The notes below the pieces were generated by a model. The model had not been told where the DNA came from, searched no databases, and saw only the letters and a list, made by a program, of their open reading frames with translations. From IMG/VR virus record IMGVR_UViG_2778261121_000001, positions 1 to 55,913 of that record: a stretch of 55,913 nucleotides of DNA; one strand, written 5' to 3'. Both the position numbers and the translations under genes were made by a program. Origin of the DNA: a virus. Lineage: Duplodnaviria; Heunggongvirae; Uroviricota; Caudoviricetes. Below are positions 49,392-55,913 of this stretch, piece after piece. The number at the start of each line of letters is the position of its first letter. Position 1 is the stretch's first letter.

Positions 49392-50627
49392 TTAACCAAA
49401 TATTTTTTGAACAACTTCACGAGCTGCTTGTGCAGAAGCTGAAGGGAGTTTGTTAATGAAAGAACGCTCAATACCTGTCACAAAGTCGCCTCTCATCATT
49501 CCAATCTTGGCCGACAACAAAAGCTCACGAGGCCCAATCGGTTGGCTGATGTTGTGTTCTTCGTATCCATCGCGAACGATACCGGCAAACTTAACCATCT
49601 TTTCAGCGTATTCATCCACGATGCCAGCATTTATCAACATGTTGATCTCTGCCTCTTTGCTCATGTATTTCACATTCGAAACGATGCCAAAACGCGAAAA
49701 GTTCGCGGCGTTCTGGATGTTTGTACCCTGGTACAAGCCGGTTTCATCACCAGATCCGTTCGTGTTGCCAGTGCCAATGAAAGCAAACCGTTCATGCGGA
49801 GTAATGCGACGCCATTCTGGAGTCGCCTCTTTGATGACCAACGCTTCACCTTCCAGCACTGGCTGATACACGCCAAGAATTTGTGGAAACGCAAAGTCGT
49901 ATTCATCCGCGAGGTAAACCCAGCCATGCTTCATTGCGAGCGCAAGCAAGCCAGGTTCGAAATACGTAGAGCCATCACGCGCCAGAATTTGCCCCGTAAC
50001 ATGTGCCTCTTCCATTGATGCTGTATGTTGGGCACGGATCAACGGACGATTGAGCAAAGCACATAGCTGTGTAGGCAATGACGATTTGCCTGTTCCTGCA
50101 TGACCCCACAAATAGCCAGGTATGCCAAGTTCAAGCATCATGAAAATATCTTTGATCAGTTCGAAGTTGCCATATACGTAGCCTTTCTTCACTTCGGGAA
50201 CGAACTCTGGATACGGCGTATTGACGTTGACGCTAACCATGAGCGGCGTCCCACGTTTTGTTCCGAGTTCTTCCACCGTTACGTTTAGCAGTTCGTGAGC
50301 TGCGACCAGATCTGTCTTGTACTCAACTGTGCCTGTGTAGCCAGGGCTACTGGTCAAGCCAGAAGATTTGGCCATTTCGCTTTTTTGCTCGGCACGTTTA
50401 GCTTGAATTGCATCAAGTGCCTTTTTCGATAGCGTTGGCTCATCTGGAAACTGCGTTGTGTACATTTTCAGTACGGTGTCAGGATCGGCATCTTTTACTG
50501 ACTCAGGAATGCCCTCGCAATTACCATTGGCTACATGGGACTTAAAATAGTGAAATGATTTGCCGCACCACTTGCAAACAAGGTAATCAGAATGATTTTT
50601 TTCATTTTGCAGTGCAGTAGTCGTCAT
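49392..50627 (-). CDS. AAA+ ATPase (MoxR/CobS-like) with N-terminal zinc ribbon
   Basis: Walker A GHAGTGKS, Walker B YLADEYD, N-terminal CKWCGK...C. Confidence 0.7.
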   Translation of the reverse strand: MTTTALQNEKNHSDYLVCKWCGKSFHYFKSHVANGNCEGIPESVKDADPDTVLKMYTTQFPDEPTLSKKALDAIQAKRAEQKSEMAKSSGLTSSPGYTGTVEYKTDLVAAHELLNVTVEELGTKRGTPLMVSVNVNTPYPEFVPEVKKGYVYGNFELIKDIFMMLELGIPGYLWGHAGTGKSSLPTQLCALLNRPLIRAQHTASMEEAHVTGQILARDGSTYFEPGLLALAMKHGWVYLADEYDFAFPQILGVYQPVLEGEALVIKEATPEWRRITPHERFAFIGTGNTNGSGDETGLYQGTNIQNAANFSRFGIVSNVKYMSKEAEINMLINAGIVDEYAEKMVKFAGIVRDGYEEHNISQPIGPRELLLSAKIGMMRGDFVTGIERSFINKLPSASAQAAREVVQKIFG

Positions 50628-50722
50628 GCGTTTTTCCTTTGTTCTCTAATGAGCGTTCAACTTCTTATATAAATATACCATTAACTATCGTAAGTGGTTA
50701 CTTATCATTAAGGCTGTTTTAT

Positions 50723-52831
50723 TCAATTCAAAATGATACGAGATAGTTCAGTAACTACAGATGAACCAAGACTATCAACGCTCGTTACCAGGGCATGATT
50801 TGAGTAAAATCTCTCCGGTGCGTCAGTCATGATGCCAATTGCCATCAAATCAATGTCAGTCTGCGTTTCAATTTGCTTCGCAACCGAACGCAAATGAGCG
50901 TCAAAACCTCTCCCAACAGCCCACGGCGCGCCATCGCTCAGAACAAGCATGATCTTCCTGTCCTCCAAGCGACCGGAAAATAACGATGCAAGGCTGGCTA
51001 TGCTTTCACCATCCACGTTATTAAGAAGTGGGAATGTGTAGCCTACGCACCCCATACGTGAGCGAACTTCGCGAGAATTTACCTTTTCATTCCAATTTTT
51101 GATGATAGGTAGCATTAAAGATTCAAAGCGAGAGAACTCATACTTGACAGCCTTAAGTTCTCCTGCCGCCATATGACTACCAAATGTAGTGAAGCCGGTG
51201 ATAATGTTGGGAACATTTATTCGATCAAGGGCATCGGCGATGGTATATGCACTTGCAAGAGCCAATTGTATCGTTATACCACTCATTGAACCTGATAAAT
51301 CAATCACTTGTTGAACACAGGCGTTAACGGCTTTAGATTCTTCTTTTTTACGAAACACGCGATCATCATTCATTGCTAATCTGTAGATACTAGAACCATG
51401 AATGCGCCCCCGACGCTGGCCCGGTATAAACTGAACTCTGTTTCTGCTTGCTATTGCACGTTCCAGGTCTTTTGCTAGCGTCGACGAAACACCTGACGAA
51501 AGATGCTTTTCAATATATTTGTCGAAGAGCTGGTTGCCTTCAGGAACGATGCGATAGCGGCTGATTGGATATCCTCCTAAATCAATATCGGAGAATGTTT
51601 TAATAAGCCGTTTGATATGGGCTTCTGCCTGATCAATCGAGCCGATGAAGTCGTATGAGCGATTGTATGGCCTGTATTCGCTTTTCGAGCTTTCTGTTAA
51701 CTCGCTTTTAATCGTTTCGGATAGAGCATCTTCTGTCATGCCTCCGACTTCATCTTCTATGCTATCCAGCTCCTCTAAAGCCTCTTCCAGACTCATTTTT
51801 GACGGAGTTGGAATATCTGAAGAGCCGTCTTCTGTCGTTTTTCTTTTTTCGTGGTCAGCGGTTAATGATTCTGACGCCGCGTTATCAGAAGCACCAGAAT
51901 CTGATACCTCTTTATCATTTTCTGTATCATCGAATATTGTTTCTGATGATTCAGAATTATCTGAATCATCACTGTCGTTATTATCATGTTTGTGCTTACT
52001 ATGTGATTCTGATTTGATAGATTTGTGATTATCTAACGCTGAGGGTGTCTCATGATCTTCGTTATCTTCATTATTTTCTCCAGAGGCATCCGTCTGGTCA
52101 GCGTCTGAAGGATCGGAAGTTTTTCCCGGAGCTGACTCCTTACCTTTGCTTTCACTTTCAGTGTCTTTGAGGATCTTAGCTATGGTCGCAGCCACCTTTA
52201 CACAATCCTCGGTGCAAGACATGTTACGCACGGCCACATCGATACCATGTTCTTTTAATAATGAAATTGGTTTCTCAATGACAGGCCAATATTCATCCAT
52301 GAAATCTACGAACGGTGCTTGGCCATCCCAGGCTCTTACAACCGGACAGAGAAAGAAGTTTAGAAAAAGCGCGCGCTGATCTTTGCCACAATAAGCAATA
52401 GCCTCTGAAGCCTTTGGTTTAAAGACTTTTTCGATTATAAGGCGCTGAGTTGCCATCAGATTACGTCTTGTTCCGTTAAAGACCTGACCCATTTTTCGCT
52501 CGATGAACACGTCTTCTAAGGCATTCCATAGCGACCAGGAAGGAACGCGTCCTTTTTCTCTCATTTTGTTGGACACACGAATATCGGTAAACAAAATGTG
52601 AGCAACCTCATGATCGAGAAATCCGCGCACAGCATTCATCAATGCCGGTGTTGCGTTATCCGGGATTGATGGGATGTTTACGAGAATTGGCTCTCCATCA
52701 TCGTTATAGCGTACATAAGCGTCGTCCCCTCGTTCTGCAACAGGGATGTTTTTACCTGAAAGGAGAGCGACTACTCGTTTTACACTGTCACGGAAGTCCT
52801 GAACCTCTTTGATGGAACGTTTTTTAGACAT
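50723..52831 (-). CDS. von Willebrand factor A protein with long acidic Ser/Asp-rich linker (CobT-like)
   Basis: C-terminal MIDAS motif DLSGSMSG; central acidic low-complexity region. Confidence 0.65.
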   Translation of the reverse strand: MSKKRSIKEVQDFRDSVKRVVALLSGKNIPVAERGDDAYVRYNDDGEPILVNIPSIPDNATPALMNAVRGFLDHEVAHILFTDIRVSNKMREKGRVPSWSLWNALEDVFIERKMGQVFNGTRRNLMATQRLIIEKVFKPKASEAIAYCGKDQRALFLNFFLCPVVRAWDGQAPFVDFMDEYWPVIEKPISLLKEHGIDVAVRNMSCTEDCVKVAATIAKILKDTESESKGKESAPGKTSDPSDADQTDASGENNEDNEDHETPSALDNHKSIKSESHSKHKHDNNDSDDSDNSESSETIFDDTENDKEVSDSGASDNAASESLTADHEKRKTTEDGSSDIPTPSKMSLEEALEELDSIEDEVGGMTEDALSETIKSELTESSKSEYRPYNRSYDFIGSIDQAEAHIKRLIKTFSDIDLGGYPISRYRIVPEGNQLFDKYIEKHLSSGVSSTLAKDLERAIASRNRVQFIPGQRRGRIHGSSIYRLAMNDDRVFRKKEESKAVNACVQQVIDLSGSMSGITIQLALASAYTIADALDRINVPNIITGFTTFGSHMAAGELKAVKYEFSRFESLMLPIIKNWNEKVNSREVRSRMGCVGYTFPLLNNVDGESIASLASLFSGRLEDRKIMLVLSDGAPWAVGRGFDAHLRSVAKQIETQTDIDLMAIGIMTDAPERFYSNHALVTSVDSLGSSVVTELSRIILN

Positions 52832-52929
52832 GGCTAATCCTTTGTTATGAAAACAAATTATTTACTAGTGTGTTTAATGTAGCACTGCGCGAACAGGGAA
52901 CTAAGCCATTCGCGCAGGGAGAAGAGGGG

Positions 52930-53142
52930 TTAACAGATTCTGACGGCTAAAGACCCGGAGCCGGTATTGAGAAGCGTGAAGCGTTTGTTGTTAAGTTCGA
53001 ATATAAAGCCAGTTGTGTCATTCACACCAACCTGAATCTGCTCATTCGGTAGATCGGTGAGGATGTCAGCTACACACTCATCAGCTAATTTCTGTACGTG
53101 TCCGATCTCAAGAGCGATTAGGCTGGAAATAGTGGTTTTCAT
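52930..53142 (-). CDS. hypothetical small protein (70 aa), divergent from the HTH regulator
   Basis: ORF in track; position suggests a Cro/Coi-like role. Confidence 0.4.
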   Translation of the reverse strand: MKTTISSLIALEIGHVQKLADECVADILTDLPNEQIQVGVNDTTGFIFELNNKRFTLLNTGSGSLAVRIC

Positions 53143-53393
53143 TCAATCAATCCATTCTAACTTATACTATGGTAAGGAATACTACTAAAATTTGTATCAA
53201 TACTGAATACATCTATATCAGATGCAAGTTAATTTTCTTACCTATTTGGGGCTAGTTTTTCTCCATGCATGGACCTTTGCTCGGTCTTACAAGTGCCTGC
53301 CGAAAAAAATGATAATAGCTTTACAACCCTAACCTTTGATGTAATATCGGTAAGCACTTACCAGAGAGAATTAAACGCGCAAAGGTTGTAACA

Positions 53394-53780
53394 ATGTCTG
53401 ACAACAAGATTGAATTTATAGAAAGTCGCTATGCTGCTTTTATCGCAGGGCTGATTGAATCCTCACCTATGAGTCAGGCACAAATAGCCCGACTTATTGG
53501 TTATAAAAATGCCAACAACCTTTCTTTAATTAAAAGTGGCAAAATTCCTTTGCCTATCGATAAGGTTCGTCCGTTGGCGCTGGCGCTGGGTATTGAGCCA
53601 AGTCGTCTTATGATGATGGTGCTGGAAGAACGCCAACCTGAACTCGCAGCATTTTTATACAAAGAAGGCACCGCTCCTCTTAACGAGGACGAAAAACAGG
53701 TTCTTGCTGCATATAACGAGCGATTCGGTAAAGAGAAAGGCGCATCACAAAAGGTTGTTGAGGCCATAAAGTCTCTATGA
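53394..53780 (+). CDS. helix-turn-helix (XRE-family) transcriptional regulator, candidate repressor
   Basis: HTH MSQAQIARLIGYKNANNLSLIKSG; GGTAAGCACTTACC palindrome at 53349-53362 upstream. Confidence 0.65.
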   Translation: MSDNKIEFIESRYAAFIAGLIESSPMSQAQIARLIGYKNANNLSLIKSGKIPLPIDKVRPLALALGIEPSRLMMMVLEERQPELAAFLYKEGTAPLNEDEKQVLAAYNERFGKEKGASQKVVEAIKSL

Positions 53781-54878
53781 AAAATTTACACGAATAAGCT
53801 CTGTTGATAGACGATCTCCCTTGAATTTGTGGTCAATTTCGTCTAAATCCGGTTGCTCTACGATTGATGCGATGTACGTCGAGAAACTTTCTAAGGCGTC
53901 TCGCATCTCGTCCATATAATCGTGTCGGTCGTAGACCCGATCTATCCCCTCAAGACTGTGGTTCATGATTTTGCGTGATACCTCCTGGCTTATGCCTAAT
54001 GCTGGGAAGTAACTACGCGCAGTACGGCGCAAATCTCGGGGTGTAAATGGCTCAAGCTCCATCAGTTCTGGTCGTTCCAGAATACGACGTAATGCCTGGG
54101 CTATTGCCACTTTAGACATAGGAAGGTCTTTCCCGATTTTTTTATTCGAAGGCACGAGCCACTGGCTGCCTTTACCGTATTCGAACAACTCTTCAATACA
54201 TGTGCGCATTAATGTGCTTAAAGGCAGCGAATGCTCACGGGCAGATTTGTTCCTCTTGCCTTGATTCCAAACCCCACGCTTAAGATTGAACTCACTTTTT
54301 TTAGCCCGCAGTACTTCGTCAGGTCGTCTTGCGGATACAAGACACAGCCTGGCCGCCCATTTTGTACCAGCGCACACATTGAAGTAGTCCCATATATTCC
54401 AGAACACCCATACCTCTGCGTCGGTCAGCTTCCGCTCGCGAGGTGTTGGCTTTGCGCCACCGGCAACTTTGTTTAGTGACATATCATTTAACGGTGACAC
54501 ATCGATCATCCCCTGGAAGGCACACCAGCTAAGGAACTGCTTCATCAGAGAGAAAACGCGGCGGCCCATAACAATTTTGCCATCCAGTATTAGAGGGTTG
54601 ACCAGTTGGTTCACCATGAACCTATTAATGTCACTTACTTTTACATCGGCAATGTGCGGCAAAACATGTATCAAAATACAATGAACAGCGATCTCTGGCC
54701 GACGTCTTGTTATCAGCAAAGATAAGCGAGTGAATAACATGAATGCGTCCGAGAATCTCATGTCATTGCTGACCTGGGAGATCATAACGGCCTGCATTTG
54801 AGATGCTCTTTCGAGATACTCAATCGCCTCTTTTGAGGTGTTCTCCGCAGCGCGTGCTCTGTCAAAGCTATTTTTCAT
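53775..54878 (-). CDS. tyrosine site-specific recombinase (integrase/Cre-like)
   Basis: C-terminal catalytic signature R...HSLR...Y (PRDLRRT, NHSLEG, YDRHDY). Confidence 0.8.
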   Translation of the reverse strand: MKNSFDRARAAENTSKEAIEYLERASQMQAVMISQVSNDMRFSDAFMLFTRLSLLITRRRPEIAVHCILIHVLPHIADVKVSDINRFMVNQLVNPLILDGKIVMGRRVFSLMKQFLSWCAFQGMIDVSPLNDMSLNKVAGGAKPTPRERKLTDAEVWVFWNIWDYFNVCAGTKWAARLCLVSARRPDEVLRAKKSEFNLKRGVWNQGKRNKSAREHSLPLSTLMRTCIEELFEYGKGSQWLVPSNKKIGKDLPMSKVAIAQALRRILERPELMELEPFTPRDLRRTARSYFPALGISQEVSRKIMNHSLEGIDRVYDRHDYMDEMRDALESFSTYIASIVEQPDLDEIDHKFKGDRLSTELIRVNFS

Positions 54879-54976
54879 ATGACAATCACCGAGTTACGCC
54901 GATGCACTGTATAAGTAAACAGTATATTAGGCATAGATTCTTATAGGATCAAGAGTCAAAGTAACTCATTTTTAGT

Positions 54977-55009
54977 AATGATTCCATACATAGTAGGTAT
55001 GGAATCATT
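54977..55009. other. candidate recombinase target site: 13-bp perfect inverted repeats around a 7-bp spacer
   Basis: AATGATTCCATAC-ATAGTAG-GTATGGAATCATT, 99 bp upstream of the recombinase start. Confidence 0.5.
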
Positions 55010-55061
55010 TAGACGTTGTTTTTTGAATTTTAAGGGAAACAGGAGTGAGTGTTTGGTGGGA

Positions 55062-55087
55062 ATAAAAAACGGCTCCTGTGAGCCGTT
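55062..55087 (-). terminator. intrinsic terminator downstream of the glutaredoxin gene
   Basis: AACGGCTC-ACAGG-AGCCGTT followed by UUUUUAUU on the minus strand. Confidence 0.45.
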
Positions 55088-55091
55088 AAAA

Positions 55092-55337
55092 TCAGAGGGT
55101 GCTGACATGTGCGGCCAGCTCTGTGTATCCGCCAATCGGTTGACCATCGATCAGCACTTGGGGGATAGTCTCTACCGGTTTACCAACAATTTCACTTAGT
55201 TTTTCCTTGTCGATACCGGCAGTGGTGATGTCGATGTACTCATAATCACCGTAGCCATGTCCCTTTAGTTGCTTCGCCAGCTCGACCGCACGTTTGCAGT
55301 ATGAGCAGTTATCTCGTCCGTAGATAGTGATCGTCAT
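55092..55337 (-). CDS. glutaredoxin (Grx1/NrdC-like)
   Basis: CSYC active site; C-terminus GKPVETIPQVLIDGQPIGGYTELAAHV closely matches E. coli GrxA; start set at MTITIYG with GAGGT Shine-Dalgarno. Confidence 0.75.
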   Translation of the reverse strand: MTITIYGRDNCSYCKRAVELAKQLKGHGYGDYEYIDITTAGIDKEKLSEIVGKPVETIPQVLIDGQPIGGYTELAAHVSTL

Positions 55338-55511
55338 TGTTACCTCGTAGAATTGATATGTAACTTTACTTACAAAGAAGATAGGTATGTGCATACCTAT
55401 CTTTGCAGTCTGCATTATAAAGCTATTAAAGCCTCGATCAATCTATTAATTAAGGCATTGTTTGGTTAACATTAGCCTAATATTTTATAGTTAGTAGAGT
55501 GAAATACATAC

Positions 55512-55913
55512 ATGCCTTTTTTAATTTTCATTATTATACTACTGCTCACCGTCATTTTTTGGGATTGGGTTGTTTTAAATGGTCAAACTGTTGGAACATT
55601 GGCTACAGCATTTGCTTTTATAGCAACAGCATGGAATGCCTACGAAGCGAGAAAAAGTGCAAAAGCAGCTTTTTCAGCCCTTCAATTAACAACAGAATCA
55701 TTGTTCGAAATGCGAAAGAGTGCATTTAAACAATGGTTTGATTCCTTATTAAATCAACATGATGAGTTATGTCTTCTTGCAAAACAAATTATCGATAAAC
55801 ACAAAATTAATTTAAACAGCGATGAGTTACATAGACTATATTACCCATTGGTAAAACAGCATGAGGTAATACAGTATGTTAAGCATATTATTAATATATT
55901 TGAGTATGTGGAT
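55512..55913 (+). CDS. partial gene for a two-helix membrane protein (5' end only, runs off the window)
   Basis: Open frame of 134 codons with no stop, checked codon by codon; N-terminal MPFLIFIIILLLTVIFWDWVVL and TVGTLATAFAFIATAW hydrophobic segments; strongly AT-rich. Confidence 0.4.
   Translation, partial: MPFLIFIIILLLTVIFWDWVVLNGQTVGTLATAFAFIATAWNAYEARKSAKAAFSALQLTTESLFEMRKSAFKQWFDSLLNQHDELCLLAKQIIDKHKINLNSDELHRLYYPLVKQHEVIQYVKHIINIFEYVD

Noticed and set aside
53775-54878. Tyrosine recombinase read as a classical prophage integrase with the att site at the apbC junction
   Set aside because: The gene lies ~49 kb from the apbC junction, is adjacent to its own lox-like site, and the element carries an iteron replicon; a Cre-like resolution role is more parsimonious, though integration is not excluded.
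54978-55199. 73-aa plus-strand ORF between the recombinase and glutaredoxin genes
   Set aside because: Overlaps the lox-like inverted repeat, the glutaredoxin terminator and the 3' end of the glutaredoxin gene on the opposite strand; no start context.
55499-55729. 76-aa plus-strand ORF from the track at the right edge
   Set aside because: A different frame starting at 55512 stays open for 134 codons to the window end and encodes a coherent membrane protein; the track ORF is probably a shadow frame in AT-rich DNA.
1-55913. tRNA or rRNA genes, looked for especially at 5341-6105 and 18050-18580
   Set aside because: No cloverleaf-compatible sequence with a T-loop GTTCRANYC motif and matching acceptor stem was seen by eye; a tRNAscan-type search is needed to be certain.

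Overview
The window is dominated by a large, densely packed, mostly minus-strand mobile element that looks like a P1/SSU5/pHCM2-type phage-plasmid, with an Enterobacteriaceae-type metG–apbC pair (1586–4877) embedded near its left end. The element carries a T4-like DNA-metabolism set: RNase HI, Dam-type methyltransferase, DnaQ-like exonuclease, DHFR, thymidylate synthase, NrdAB, glutaredoxin, RuvC-like resolvase, SbcCD-like nuclease, RecA-like recombinase, FEN, gp32-like SSB, a split DnaE polymerase and a CobS/CobT-like AAA+/vWA pair. It also has an iteron-type plasmid replicon (RepA at 35361–36416 flanked by iteron arrays, a GATC cluster and DnaA boxes) and a Cre-like tyrosine recombinase next to a lox-like 13-7-13 bp site. 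Selfish elements are present: a 422-aa LAGLIDADG intein inside the RecA P-loop and an HNH homing endonuclease gene splitting dnaE. I found no CRISPR array, rRNA or convincing tRNA. I could not identify one definitive novel system. The strongest accessory candidates are a TerB-like gene with four small membrane-protein genes (15878–17256), a self-contained SPFH/band-7 lipoprotein operon (38475–39637), a fused methyltransferase whose start codon sits in a 16-bp stem (12427–14154), an AT-rich two-gene cassette (14216–15114), a three-gene unknown operon at the left edge (111–1432), and an AT-rich membrane-protein gene running off the right edge (55512–55913). Two dispersed motif families (GATAGGTA/TACCTATC half-sites at operon starts; AAACAA-S-TTGTTTTCTTAT in 5' leaders) suggest element-wide regulons. 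Everything rests on reading the sequence and the ORF translations; no database search was run, and many start codons are inferred.
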